64,000 nt of DNA from contig NC_058368.1 of NCBI RefSeq assembly GCF_018350175.1, forward strand, positions 51,709,815 through 51,773,814. The letters run 5' to 3'. The notes below the pieces were generated by a model. That model made no database searches. It saw only the letters and a program-made list of their open reading frames with translations, and had not been told where the DNA came from. Made by a program: the position numbers and the translations under genes. Origin of the DNA: Felis catus (taxonomy: Eukaryota). Positions 39,167 through 52,886 of this stretch are shown piece by piece; positions within the stretch are counted from its first letter, which is position 1; each line of letters begins with the position of its first letter.

Positions 39167-39381
39167 GGGGCGCCTGGGTGGCGCAGTTGGTTAAGCGTCC
39201 GACTTCATCCAGGTCACGATCTCGTGGTCCGTGAGTTCGAGCCCCGCGTCAGGCTCTGGGCTGATGGCTCAGAACCTGGAGCCTGTTTCCGATTCTGTGT
39301 CTCCCTCTCTCTCTGCCCTTCTCCTGTTCATGCTCTGTCTCTCTCTGTCCCAAAAATAAATAAACGTTGGAAAAAAAATTT
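39167..39381 (+). mobile_element. Young felid SINE (SINEC_Fc-like)
   Basis: Diagnostic head; perfect 17-nt TSD taaatgcagcaccttcc at 39150-39166 and 39382-39398. Confidence 0.96.
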
Positions 39382-40749
39382 TAAATGCAGCACCTTCCGA
39401 AATAAATATTCCCCTCTATTTTTCTTGGCCTTCACAACTGCACACCCACCTTTTCTTTCCAGGGTAGTCCCCAAACCATATCTGTACCGTGTACTACTTC
39501 CGTATCCATACCTGCTTCCCAGATATACCCAGTCAATATCACCTGCCTCTTTGAGGACTTAGCCATTCTAACATGGAGGAACTTTAGCTTTTCATCAGTG
39601 TGATTCTGGCATAGGCAAACTTTGGCACCATTCTATTTCTCCTTTTTGTAATCCTCCTTTTCATCTTTTTATCTCTCTCCTGCCTGTTCTCAGACATCCA
39701 GTGTCCTGTGCAGACTTACTATTTCCCAGGACTGACCACCTTCTCACCCCTTTCATCTACCCCTGGAAGAAAAGCATATAATCAGTGAATCCACCCAGGT
39801 ACACTAAAGATACGTTATCACTTGTGATATCCCATTATCCCCAACACAGGGATATTGTTTGAAAAGAGAAGGTTATGGCATTTCATATAAAATAATATCT
39901 AATTATAAAATCTAACACTAAACCAGGATGGGGAGACTATTTTTTTAGGTAAATTGTTTTTCAGGTTTTAAAACCTAAACAGGTTTTAAACGTTTCAAGC
40001 TGCCCTTCAGTTCTCATTTCCTTCCTCAACAAATAGAAATGCATCCAATCATTCCCTCTTTCAACACATCTGTATTGGGCACCTGAATCATACACAATCC
40101 TAGTATTTAGGATAGAACTATACTTCTAAGAACTTTCAGCCCAGTATGGAGACAGAAAATTATGTGTAATCCAGAACAGTGTGGTATGGGCCTAAAGAGG
40201 GTATGCTGTGGGGAGACATAGGGATGTATCCAGCACAGGTTTGGGTGCCACAAGGGACAGTAATGACTAAGCCAAGTCTGAAGCTACAGGAAGAAGTATC
40301 CAGGGGAAAGGGAGAAGCAGGTAGTCCAGAGAGCAGAGGGAATATGGTGATGGGTGGTTAGGAGTGCCAGGGTTAGGAGAGCAACACCTACAGTGTTGGG
40401 TTTATGTGGGGTAACGAAAGCCACAGCACTAGGTGTATAGTGAGCACTTACAGTGAGCCAGGCAGTGCTCGAATTCTTTGCAGGCCCTTCTCCTGGGTTC
40501 AATGCCACCATCAACACAAGGAGCAGGAGACTGACCGTACTCTGTGCACTGCCCATCACCCAGACGATCACTATCACATCACACTCTGCTGAGAAAGATT
40601 TAGGACTGATTGCATCACCTCCTCCATCTCTATGGCCACAGATCCCCATGAGAAGCTCGGTCTGATCATTTCTTGTCACCTTGAGTAGCCCCACAGAGCT
40701 CTGTCCATCACTGACCCTGACCCAAACTAGCAGCAGCCTAAGCACTCAA

Positions 40750-42700
40750 ACCTTTCACAGTACCTCTCTGGATGTGTCATCTATTACCATCAAAACTGGC
40801 TGCTCTGCAGTCTTGTCTTTGAATAGCACTCATCTGTTTGTTGAGCTCTTCCAGAAGACTCTGCTTCCATGGGGTCCAGAAGAAGAGGAGACGTCCTGTT
40901 TGCTCTTCATTGCTACTTCCTATCAATGTTAGCTTTCTCCTCCCTAAAGATCCCCTATCTTCCTTGAAATTATGGCATCATGAGCTTCTCTTCATCATTG
41001 CAGTCAATTGAAGGTCTCAGAGCCACTCACCACCCCTCTTTCAAGATTCTGGCACCAGGCTCATGGTCTCTGTCACACCTGCCTCCTGCCATAATGCTTG
41101 GTGATTTTCAAACCCATGTGGAGGATCCTTCCCCCAACTGGCCTCTCACTTTCTTGATCTCCTCTCCAATATTCTTGTCCTTTGCCCTACCTCAGCTATC
41201 CATACATCTTGCCTTTGTAAGTAACCAAGTGCATTTCAAAGTTTTTCCATTCTGCTTCTACTTTCTACTCCATTCAGCCCACTCTCTCCAGTCCTCTGAT
41301 TCTAGAAATTTCTCAGCCTCAGCCCCACCAATCACCAATCCACTGATTCTTCACATTGCCTCTACCCTCATATCCTCTGTTCCCTCCATGTCCATCTCAG
41401 ATCCCACAGTCCTTCCTTATAATCACTTCCTCATACCCCCCTTCCCTTCCTTTGCCCTCATTCTCTTTGTTGCACTCACTTGGCTGAATTATAAGCTTAG
41501 TTAAATCCACCTCTCTGTTTCACCTGTTTCTGCCCCCTAAGCAGCTGAATATGGCAAGAGAAAACAATGGCAGCTAGTTTTATTTTAATTCAATGGCCAC
41601 GAGCCTCCATTGAGCTACTGGTGCTGCCCAGGGATCCCTAGGATATCATGGGGGAGGGTTTATGGAGCCAAACTTCCTGGTTCAGATTCCTCCCTCTGCC
41701 ACTTACCAGCTGTATCATCAGGGATATTTATCTTCACTTTCTGAGCCTCAGTCTTCTCATGTATAAGGTAGAAAGAAGAATGATACTTATCTCTGGGATC
41801 ACAGTGAGGATTAAATGAGAGAGCTCTCTGTGTTTCCATCTGTGACCAACCAATCATCTCACTTGTGTCTCAGGTACCCTTACTTCTCAAGTCTCATTGT
41901 TTTCTGCTCACTCTGCTGCACCATCAAATTTCACTGATTCACTGGGTCATTCTCATCGCTATGTATGCAAACTCTAGTAACCTTCCTTGACCTATCAACC
42001 TTCAGGAAGCCACCCATTTCTCTGCAAAACACCTCTATCTCCTATTTTCTCTGAAATACACTCCTATAAAGTTGTTTTTCACTACTGCTCCATCAAAACT
42101 GCTCTCATCAGCGTTACCAGTGAGCACAATCTTGCCAAAACCATGGAAACTTCCCCATCCTTGTTTTATTTGATCTGTCCATTGCATTTGGTATGGCCAG
42201 TTCCTCCCTGCTTGAGACTTCCCTCACTTGATTTCTGGGGCACTACACCTTCCTATTTCTCTTTGGCCACTTCTCCTTGGACTCTTTTGCTGTTTCCTTC
42301 TCATACCCTTGACATCTAAATATTGCAGGGCTGAACCCTGAGCCCTCTCTGTTTCTTCATTTACACTGAGTCTCTTGGCGATCTCGTCCAGTTTCAAGTG
42401 TCAAATGGCATCTCTAAGTTGATGATGCCCATATTTATATTCTCTTCCTCCAATATCCTCGTGGCTCATTTTATCATTTCCTTTAGGTCTTGACTCAAAT
42501 TTCACTTCACAGAGACGCCTTCCCATTTTATATAAAATGGTGTTCTTGCACCATCAGTCTATATATCATATTCTCTTACTCTGTTTTATTTTCTTCATCT
42601 GTCATATATTTATTTGTGCATTGAAAGCCTTTTGAGAAAAGAGAAATTATCACTTTGTAGAATGCCTTGTACATAGAAAGCTACCAATACATGTTTGCTA
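40750..42700. mobile_element. Degenerate L2 LINE with a MIR insertion (~41660-41825)
   Basis: Long pyrimidine-rich L2-like tract (cttggtgattttcaaacccatgtggaggatcc; aaactgctctcatcagcgttaccagtga) with a MIR core inside; boundaries approximate. Confidence 0.6.
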
Positions 42701-43639
42701 AATAAAAGCATGATCTCATTCAGCCCTGACAACACCCCAGCAACCTTATGAGAAGGGTTATTATAGATGAAGAGATGGAATCAAGTTAGCCCATTATCAT
42801 ACAGCAGGCAGTTCAGACAGCTGGACTCCAGAGCCTACATGCTCACCTAGCATGCTACAGAAGCCAGAGGGGTACCTGGAGTCTGGGTCACAAGGGTACT
42901 TTTACTAGGTATGGAATTGATCTTGAGGATAATAGGGAGCTACTGGAGTGGTAGTGGTGGGGGTTGGGGGGTGACATGCCCTGGGTAAGGTGCTGACTCC
43001 ATCCAAAATATGTACATACTTGCCTGTCTGCAATTCCTGGGTCATCGAATCATGCTGGCTCAGAAGCCGCCTTGGCTCTGGGTTGGAAAGTTTAGGCTGA
43101 CAGCATATGTATGCTTTGCTAGCAGCAAACTGGCCTGTGCTGCCAATATTTAAACCAGATTTAGTTAAGAGCTTTGAGTCAACTTTATCTTGATGTCTGT
43201 AAAACTGAAAACCTTTCTTGCTGTTTCCATAGCAGCCTGATGGTTGACATAATTCCTAAAGAAGATTATATGTTAATGCCCAAGAACGATTTATTACACT
43301 CATGGGCTGTTGACCCAAAATGCCACAACTTGAGCTAGATAGTCTAGGAAATATTAAGCTTTTAAAAGGACATTATATTTCAAACTATAATAAAACAGGA
43401 TGAGGTTTCCAAAAATCTGATTAAATGAACTTTTAAAATGCCTGTAATTTAAATATTTGACTCCTCTAAAGTTTAGCGCGGTCTAGATTCTGGCCTTTCA
43501 TCTACCCCATGCCAGGGGGGTAAGGCAGTTGTAAGATGCACAAGCTATTTCCATATAGGCAATAAGTACATTTGGTTAATAGATGCTAAAATTTGCAATG
43601 TTTCCATGGTGAAATGAACTGCTGTTTTCTGTTTTAAAG

Positions 43640-43720
43640 GGAACCAACTGTTCGCCCTCCAATACCTCCAAAGCCCATTTCTCCTGTTTCATCTCCTAAC
43701 CAGCAGAGACGGGAGAATAG
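43640..43720 (+). CDS. SCEL: Sciellin exon 10, EPTVRPPIPPKPISPVSSPNQQRREN(R)
   Basis: ttaaag acceptor, gtgaga donor, 81 nt, phase 2-2. Confidence 0.95.
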
Positions 43721-44276
43721 GTGAGACCTGGCATTCCAGAATTTCTTGGCCAAAAGAAGCAGTTATAGAAATGAAAGCAAATGAATTGTGACTTGTTTTG
43801 TGCAAAGCATGGGTATGTTTTGTGCACACATTCACTGAAGAAGCACTTGTAACGCTTTTCTAGTTTTCTATTTGCCAACACAAATATGTATTTATGTTTG
43901 CCTTTGAATGCTTACGGCCATTTCCCATCTTATCGAAATACATTTTCAAGATAGAAGCTGAAGTATTATACATGAATACATATATAAATACATATATAAT
44001 GACATATATAAATACACAGAAACTATACATATGTTGTTTTACTGAAAACATATATAAATATAATATATATGTATTATCTATACATACAGTTTATATTTAC
44101 TCCTAGTTAAGTTTCCCATTAAAAGCTACATTTTCTGATAAAAGATGTTCTTCAACTTTGTGTTTCTACTCGAGCTCTCCCTTATGTTAGAAATACTTTT
44201 GGGTAGCTCCTTAGTCTTATGTTAGCTAAGGAATTTGCAATTTATTTCAAACCAATTACATTTTTAAAAATGTTCT

Positions 44277-44500
44277 GGGGGCGCCTGGGTGGCGCAGTCG
44301 GTTAAGCGTCCGACTTCAGCCAGGTCACGATCTCGCGGTCCGTGAGTTCGAGCCCCGCGTCAGGCTCTGGGCTGATGGCTCAGAGCCTGGAGCCTGTTTC
44401 CGATTCTGTGTCTCCCTCCCTCTCTCTCTGCCCCTCCCCCGTTCATGCTCTGTCTCTCTCTGTCCCAAAAATAAATAAACGTTGAAAAAAAAATTAAAAA
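44277..44500 (+). mobile_element. Young felid SINE (SINEC_Fc-like)
   Basis: Diagnostic head with CpGs intact; TSD aaaaatgttct. Confidence 0.96.
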
Positions 44501-46118
44501 AAAAATGTTCTGATTAACCTGTCTCCAAATAAAAAAAACAAAAACAGACTTGCTTTTCCATTTTGAATCTCTGACAGTCTATAATTAATACTTACAAACA
44601 AATTCAGAGATCTGAAAGTTTTCCCACGTGTTTATGTTAAACTGTTTAAAAGTCTCAGGCTGTTTTTTAAGATGTGCATTGCACATTTCCGTTATTATTG
44701 TGAGATTTAAAAAAAATGTTATTTCACTGAAGACCGACTACATTAGATCCACTTGATTGCCTGCCTTTGATTCTTTTGTATTTTTGCATTTTGATGGTGA
44801 TTTTTGTTGACAACATGAAAGAAAATTCTAGAACTATTCTTCAGAAAGCGGGTAACTTCAGATAGAAAATGCTGACTGGGCAGCAGGGCTAAGTAGCATT
44901 AGGTGTTCAGCCTATTGAGTTAAAAAACTATGTCTGAATTTCTCTGTTCAGTGAAACTTCACAAGATCGTTGAAATTTTGTCCTTAAGATGAGAAGATAA
45001 TTTTTTCCCTTTTAATGAGCCAGGAGAATACCTCTTCATTGAATTAATTAAAAATATAGACCATTTATAACTTTTTATTTGTGCAATGGTTATAATTATA
45101 CTCTTAAAACAACTTCTTAAGCTTTCTAACTTACATTATTTTTCCTTTTATAGTATTGACCAATTAAATCTGAATTTGAATAAGATTTTTTTTACGGGAC
45201 CTTAAATAAATTGCCTTTAGTACTATCTAAATTCTAATCTAAAATCAGCAACTCTAGAACAGTGAGCTTGTATAGATTCAAAAAAATCTAAATTTCACGG
45301 GAATTGGTCTAATCCATTTTTACTACTTTAATTTCTTTCTTCTCCCAATGATCTTAAAAATAAAATTAGGACAACTTGCATGTTTTAAACCCTCATTACT
45401 TTAATCACAGCAAGATGATTTTAATGAAAGAATATGAAAGGGAAGTGTTTCCTATGTAATTAACACATGTCCTCAGGAGTACAAAAAATAGTTGAATATA
45501 GCTTCTTGAGAACAAGCAAGAATGTTTAAATAGGTCAATCAGATACTTAGGAAAATAACAGAGAAAAACCTTGTATCATATTTTGTGACAGAACCTGACT
45601 TCATAAGCTTTTATTCTATCAACTCAATGTGATCATTCTCAATGTGGTGGGCTTGTTGGAAATTTAAAATATTTCCTATCTTATCTGAGCAAATATATTT
45701 CTCGATCGTATTCAAATGAGGTAAGTCTTTAAGAAAAAAAAATCATTCCTTTGCTGCCTAACAATAAAAACGATTCTTAAGAGATAAGTATGAAAATGCT
45801 TTATTGATGATTGGAGACTAAAATAAAATGAACATAAACATATTTAGAACAGATATTTCTGGATATATCTAGTGGTTAAAAATGTATTAAAGGAGACAGG
45901 CTAAATTGCAAAAGTATTATATTGGACCCCAGATTTTCATATAGGAAATGGTTGAGTTCTAGCCAAACAAAAGAGTAAGATAAAGTTTGTTATCTCAAGT
46001 AGCTATTGCTCCAACACACTGTGATATTTTTGAACATAAATGTTTTCTTAAAAATTTATATTTAATAGAGAAGTGTTTTCTTATCTAACAGACATTATCT
46101 TTAACTTTGAAAATATAG

Positions 46119-46184
46119 GCAGATATGTCCACCTAAACCAGGTGTATATACAGAAGCCAACAGATCTGCTGAAAGAAATATAAG
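46119..46184 (+). CDS. SCEL: Sciellin exon 11, QICPPKPGVYTEANRSAERNI(R)
   Basis: atatag acceptor, gtacaa donor, 66 nt, phase 2-2. Confidence 0.94.
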
Positions 46185-46508
46185 GTACAATGATCTCTAT
46201 CTCTATCTATGTAATTGTAGAAATGATGAAGTTTGCTTTATTAGCATACTTAAAGTACAAGGCAATTAATAATAAAATAGACAAAATCGGTTTTCCAGCT
46301 GGCTTTGAGATAGTGGTTAATAAATATTTTTATATGCACCTACAGAATTTTATTCTTTTTTTTTTCTATCCCAAGCTTTACATTAGGGAAACAACCAAAG
46401 TTGTCTCAACATGATAACAGAATAAAATCAAACCCCTTAAGAAAGGAAAACACCTCTCTATTCCCAGCACTTGTCCCAAGGTCTGTGATATAGTTGTATT
46501 GATGTTTA

Positions 46509-47153
46509 TTTATTTATTTATTTAAATTAATTTTTTATTTTTTAAAATTTACATCCAAATTAGTTAGCATATAGTGCAACAATGATTTCAGGAGTAGATT
46601 CCTTAGTGCCCCTTACCCATTTAGCCCATCCCCCCTCCCACCACCCCTCCAGTAACCCTCTGTTTTTGTTCTCCATATTTAAGAGTCTCTTCTGTTGTGT
46701 CCCCCTCCCTGTTTTTATATTATTTTTGTTTCCCTTCCCTTATGTTCATCTGTTTTGTCTCTTAAAGTCCTCATATGAGTTAAGTCCTATGATTTTTGTC
46801 TTTCTCTGACTAATTTCACTTAGCATAATACCCTCCAGTTCCATCCACGTAATTGCAAATGGCAAGATTTCATTCTTTTTGATTGCCAAGTAATACTCCA
46901 TTGTATATATATACCACATCTTCTTTATCCATTAATCCATGGATGGACATTTGGGCTCTTTCCATACTTTGGCCACTGTTGATAGTGCTGCTGTAAACAT
47001 GGGGGTGCATGTGTCCCTTCAAAATAGCACATCTATATCCCTTGGATAAATGCCTAGTAGTGCAATTGCTGGGTTGTAGGGTAGTTCTATTTTTAGTTTT
47101 TTGAGGACGCTCCATACTGTTTTCCAGAGTGGCTGTACCAGCTTGCATTCCCA
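46509..47153 (-). mobile_element. 5'-truncated carnivore/felid L1
   Basis: Well-preserved L1 3' end; ORF 46870..47148(-) overlaps it; flanked by gatgttta at 46501-46508 and 47154-47161. Confidence 0.92.
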
Positions 47154-47162
47154 GATGTTTAG

Positions 47163-47370
47163 TTTTTTAAGTTGACTTATTTATTTTTGAGAGAAAGGGA
47201 GTGAGAGAGGGAAGGAGGAGGGAGAGGCAGAGAGAGAGAGGGAGAGAGATTCCCCAGTAGGCACTGTCAGCACAGATCCCAATGCAGGGCTTGAACACAG
47301 ACTGGGAGATCATGACCTGAGCCGAAACCAAGTGTCAGAAGCTTAACCAACTAGGCCACCCAGGTGCCCC
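47163..47370 (-). mobile_element. Can-SINE
   Basis: Reverse SINE ending in caggtgcccc. Confidence 0.9.
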
Positions 47371-48558
47371 TAGTTGTGTTGTTTAAATGAATAGGTGGAA
47401 ATATAGTCATTTGACTGAACTAGTTCTGCAAAGGCTTTGCTAGTATTGGCTGCAAAATAAGGCCATATCCAGCTCCACTCATATCACCAGGAAAAGACTC
47501 ACAAATTGTATTGATCTTTGGGTAAGGTTTCCCCATGACAGTCCTGATTTATGCCTCTTGTCCTGCACATCCCATCTAGTTTAGTATTTATTGTGGTTAT
47601 ATTGTTTTTATATTTTTATTTTTTAGAAAAAACACTATTTTTGAAATTAGTTCTGAATGATGCTATTTTATCGACTTATCAATATGATAGACCATTTTTT
47701 TTATTATGGTAAAAAACATAATAGTAAGTTTACCATCTTATCCATTGTGACAACCAATGTTTCAAAGTTCAAAACTTACCTACTTTTTTTTATTATTATC
47801 TCCCTTGACTCTCAGAAGAGTCCCAGTTTGAAACATACATCACATGGATACCTTACCTTTGGGGAGAATCACCTTTTCCTTCCACTTAGTAACTTAAATA
47901 TAACTGTATCTCAGCATTGCCCAAGCTGTGTCCCATGTACACAAGACGTCAATGCATGTTCTGTGAAAGAAGGGTTTAATGGCCAACACATTTAGGAGAC
48001 ACAATTAAACAGTTCTCTACCACAGGACTTCTCAGAAATTTTAATGTGTTTACACTTATTCCGAATCTCTGAAAGTTGGTTATATTTCCCAAATTTACTT
48101 GACTGCAAAATTCTTTCTTCATAGAACCCTATTAACCTTCTATAAAACACTGTCTTGAAAATCTTAAATACAGGGACACCAGTAGGCATTTTCCCTTTTT
48201 ATGATCTTTTTATGATCTAGGGACACCAGTGTGGATTCAAATACTCTATGTGTCAGGTGATTCCTCCTACCCTATAGTTTAAAATATACTTTCTTTCCCT
48301 TTGGAAGCCTAAGAAGACAGATACTTTGACTGCATGTGAAGGACTAATTAATCATCTGGACATGTTGCTTAATGCTCTTTGGCTGTAGTTGAAAAACCTC
48401 TGAACACACTTCTGTGTTCACTTGTGCAGTTAACCATACTTTCTTTTCCATTTCCTTTTTTAAAGGAAATGTGGGAGAAGCCAATGTGTTGAGGAGACAC
48501 TGTAGTTATTTCAGTGAGCATTAGATGCCAGAGCCAATGTCCAGTGAAATGACTGGTG

Positions 48559-48561
<3 letters not shown>

Positions 48562-48600
<39 letters not shown>
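48562..48600. repeat. (TG)n microsatellite
   Basis: Perfect dinucleotide run. Confidence 0.97.
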
Positions 48601-48603
<3 letters not shown>

Positions 48604-48781
48604 ATATCTATCATATCAGCCCTATATCATGAGCTGGTATGATAGAACAATTTCATTATGCAGTTAAAGTCAGTAACTCCTGAACACATGGACTATTGTT
48701 TACTGAAAACATAAGAATTTCTAGCTACTTCAAATATAGCTCTACTGTCATTGACTTGTGTTTATTTTTGATCATTTGAAG

Positions 48782-48841
48782 GAGTCAGGATCTCGAGAAC
48801 ATAGTCAAAGTGGCCACTTCACTTCAGAAAACTAACAGGGG
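48782..48841 (+). CDS. SCEL: Sciellin repeat exon, SQDLENIVKVATSLQKTNR(G)
   Basis: ttgaag acceptor, gtaaga donor, 60 nt, phase 2-2; first 20-aa repeat unit. Confidence 0.94.
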
Positions 48842-49412
48842 GTAAGAGCTCAGAGCTTTGAGCTTATGTTTTTCTTTTTTTTTAATGTTTCAAAAAAGGC
48901 TTAACCGGTTCCTTTAAAAGTTCCAAATATAAACAAAATTCCAACGCTATTTATATAATTTAAAAGAAGAAAGAGTCTGTCTCTCTAAGTAAGTGTCCCT
49001 GAAAAATGGGCAACACTGACATTTATGGATACTTTTCTTCTCCTGCTTTGTCTTTTGGTGATTGTACTCATCATTGTCACCTCTGCTGTCTGTGGTTTTG
49101 ACCTTGTTCCAAGTCCTCGTCCTGTATTTATGTTGCTGGCTCAGATCTTAACTTCTCTGCCTTCCCAGCACCCTCATTTAGAGTGTCCTAGGCCATATTT
49201 ACCTTCCTTCCCAAATGCACTATTTCCTGACTTCTTTCTGTTCTTTCCTTCAGCCAAGCTCACCTTTCTGGAATCATTCTTCATTCTTCCATGTCTTTCC
49301 CCTTAATGTAGTGTCACGCATATATGCATTAAATGTCTAAAATTCTCTTCATGCTCACATGGCCTCACCCCAGTTCAAACCTTCATGGGCACCATCATAA
49401 GTTAGAGTAGCT

Positions 49413-49614
49413 GGGGTGCCTGGGTGGCGCAGTCGGTTAAACGTCCGACTTCAGCCAGGTCACGATCTCGTGGTCCGTGAGTTCGAGCCCCGCGTCGGGC
49501 TCTGGGCTGATGGCTCAGAGCCTGGAGCCTGTTTCCGATTCTGTGTCTCCCTCTCTCTCTGCCCCTCCCCCGTTCATGCTCTGTCTCTCTCTGTCCCCCA
49601 AAAAAAATAAATAA
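49413..49614 (+). mobile_element. Young felid SINE (SINEC_Fc-like)
   Basis: Diagnostic head; perfect TSD ataagttagagtagct at 49397-49412 and 49615-49630. Confidence 0.96.
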
Positions 49615-52447
49615 ATAAGTTAGAGTAGCTACCCAGATTTACTTACATTCCCTCAGTCTCTTCTCCCCTAAACCATCACTGCCACTTCTTAAAATTCTGC
49701 TTGAACAACTACTTCACTGGCTCCCCCTTGCCCGTTCAATTACATATAACCTTTGCTAACCTGACTCCAACCTAATGTTCCAGAGTTATTTCTGACTTTG
49801 CCCTCACATTTACCCTACAGGAAATAGCAAATTAAACCACTTTCTTTCTGCAGTTTCCAGACATTGTGCCTTTGTTTATGCCATCCCACCTACATAGCAG
49901 CCTTTCCCGGCCTCAAGGCCACCATATCAATCCATCCAAGTCCTACGTATTTTTCAAGATCTAGATCAGATATCACTTCTTCTGTGAAGTCTTCACAGAA
50001 TGATCCAGTGAGATCATTCCAGTGACTTCTATTTATCTAAGCTATTTGAACCCCCTATTTATGTGTTATAACAACTAATCATAATTGATGTTGTTTCATG
50101 GTATCTATGTCAGCATCTCACCCTCTCTGTCATCTCTTCAGTTTCTCAGAGCAGATGTTTTGTTTTATTCACCGTAAGTCATTTGCAGTGTCTAACAGGA
50201 ATCTTTCGTGCGATGTAGGTACTTATATAATAGATTATGGTAAATAATGAATGAAAAGTGGGAGACCTGGAGTATAAAAATTCCATATTTTAAATGCCAT
50301 GCCTACAAAAATTCTCATTGCTTGGTGGAATTCAGCAATGCAATGCTGAGTGTGATTGGGGACCATGGTCTCAGTCAAAAGAACTGAAGAGAAGAAACAG
50401 AGGTGACACATTGCTCTTCTGTGCACAAAACTAATTGGAGCTCTGAATCCAGGTGGGGACTCCAGAAAGTATCCTGAATGTTTCACTTCCACCTTCTCTT
50501 GTCTGAGTGCCTAGATCTCTAATTCTATTTACTTTACTTTTATGAGGTCATATTTTGTTTTTAAGAGAGATTGGACAGTGTTTTGGTGAGTGGTGGGGAT
50601 GTTTGAGAGGGAGATATGTGAGTGATGCTGAAGGGAAGTTATGGTTTGGCACAAAGAGAAACACTGGGAACTACTGTCAGTCTTGTCCCCTCTCCCTAGG
50701 CACGATGCACGAAATCCACAGAAAGATGTGTTCTTTGCAGGGAGAAGTTACTGCTCTGGCAGCATTCCTCCAAGGGGAATGTCTGTTGGATTGACATACC
50801 CAAGGACCATTACTATGGGCCATCTGTAGGGACTAGAAGTAGCTTCATTCACCTGAGCTGCTCTTTGTGATATTCCTTCGTGAAGTGGACTGTCACTCCT
50901 ATCTGATTAAGAGCATTTAATTTCTTGCACATGCAATGGTGAAATTTAATATTCAAAGCTTTTATCAATGTAAGGTCACTTTAAAAGCCCAACTTCTTTC
51001 TTCAGAATATTATCTCCATTTTATTTAATTTGCCACAGATTGTCTTCTCATGATTTATGCCAATTTTTTTTTTTGTGATAAACGTGAGCAACCCCAGATT
51101 CTGATAATCACATTGTTGTGACTCACATTAGCCAGAAAGGTCTGGGGCTACAATTTTATAGGATTCTTAGGTTTGTTCTTATCCTGGGAGATATGGAGAG
51201 AGTCATACCCTCAGAGGTAGAAGGTGGGATTTCAAGCAAGAAACAACAGTGGGGCACTGTGTCAGGGATAGAATGTTAATTAATTCTTGTCAGGGTCAGC
51301 AACTTTTATATTTCAGTATTTATCCTCAGCCTTCAATCCTACCACTGAATATGTAACATTGTTTGAAAAGTTTCATTTATGTGATGGCTGCTAATGTAAC
51401 ATGTTTTAGGGTCACTGAGAGGACTTGCCCAGTGGCTATTCTGGCAGTGCGTGGTGCCAGGCACCTTCAAAGCACACGAATGACTCAGAACTATACTTCT
51501 CTAGCCTGAGCCAAAGTCTTGATGTCTCTAAAAGCTGTTTAAAAAATAAATATAGCAAGCATTTATTTAATGAAAAATTTAATAGACTGGGAACTGTTTG
51601 TTATAATGGCCAAAATTAATTGAAAGTTTATGGCTTGCCAGACAGCATGCTACCAACTTTATACTCATTAGCTCATTGATTCTTTTCTCAGGTGGGTACA
51701 ATTAGTATTGTTGGACAGATGGAAAAATTGAGGCAACAACAGATTAGGTAACACACCCAGAGTCACCAACCAGTAAGTGGTGAATCCTGGATTGGGATCC
51801 AGGTACCCCTGACATGGGACCCTGAGTATGTAACTACTGAGTTATTTGGCCTCATGGTTTCCTGGTCGGTACCAGTGATGACTCAAGAGGAACATTGAGA
51901 AAGTGTGGAAAATGTGTGATTCTAGAGCAAGAAGAAGGAAAAACCATGATTTGTGATCTAAAACTGGAAGGCAAGAGAAATGGAGGCAAAGTGGTGACAG
52001 AAATATTGAAGAGAAACCATGCTGTGAGGAGCAAACAGGAACAAGAAACCCACTGAGGCTGCCTTCCTGGGGGAAAGACCTGAGCTCAGGTGGCTCTAAG
52101 GGATATTCTAGAACCCAGGGGCTTAGCTTAAACAGGTTGTTTGTTCCTCAAGAAACAGCCAGAAAGTTGCAGTTCTCAAAAGCAGAAACAAGACAGCAAA
52201 TTTAGTGGACTTGAAATGAGATAGGAGCACAATTCAAGAAAGCAGCCAGACTTACGGATGAACAGGTGTTTTCCGATAGCTACTTTGTGCAGGTACATTA
52301 TGCAAATGTATAGAATCTGTAACTAGTCAATGTACATATATTTGTCGATTCAGTCGAAAACCTGTATTAAGTATTTATTGTATAAAGGACACGGTATTAA
52401 AGACTGAAGAGAATCCACTGTAAAATACAGTACTAAATTTTAAGTGG

Positions 52448-52451
<4 letters not shown>

Positions 52452-52492
<41 letters not shown>

Positions 52493-52500
52493 GAGAGAGA
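52452..52500. repeat. (GT)n(GA)n microsatellite
   Basis: Seen directly. Confidence 0.95.
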
Positions 52501-52841
52501 TGTAGGAGCAGGAACATTATCATGAGACAAGTGTGCAGTTGTTACATTACAAAATATAGTAGTCTAAGTGTCATAAAGGAGATGAACAAAAACAAAATGC
52601 AGCAAAGTTTCCAAAAATGTAGAGGACTCTATTCCTTTGGAGGCCTGGGAAATATGTCTTGGAGAAAGGTATTTGAAAGAGCCTTAAGGATAAACAAGAT
52701 TTTCATAGAGGAAAAAGGTGGGGCCTGTGTTGTATTCCAGAGAACTAACCAAAACAGGGGTTTAAGGTGGACCGGCCCTTTGACTCTGAACAGGCTTTTA
52801 CTGATGTGAGATTTTTTTTGTTTTGGTTTTTCTTCCAAAAG

Positions 52842-52886
52842 TGAAGAATTGGATAATATCATCAAAATGAACAAAAGCTTGAATAG
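52842..52886 (+). CDS. SCEL: Sciellin short repeat exon, EELDNIIKMNKSLN(R)
   Basis: caaaag acceptor, gtaaga donor, 45 nt, phase 2-2. Confidence 0.93.

Noticed and set aside
45592..45726. Strong donor GAG|GTAAGT at 45720/45721 suggesting a hidden exon
   Set aside because: The candidate exon from the acceptor at 45591 hits TGA in its second full codon in the SCEL phase and has no sciellin-like sequence. A poison exon cannot be excluded without RNA data.
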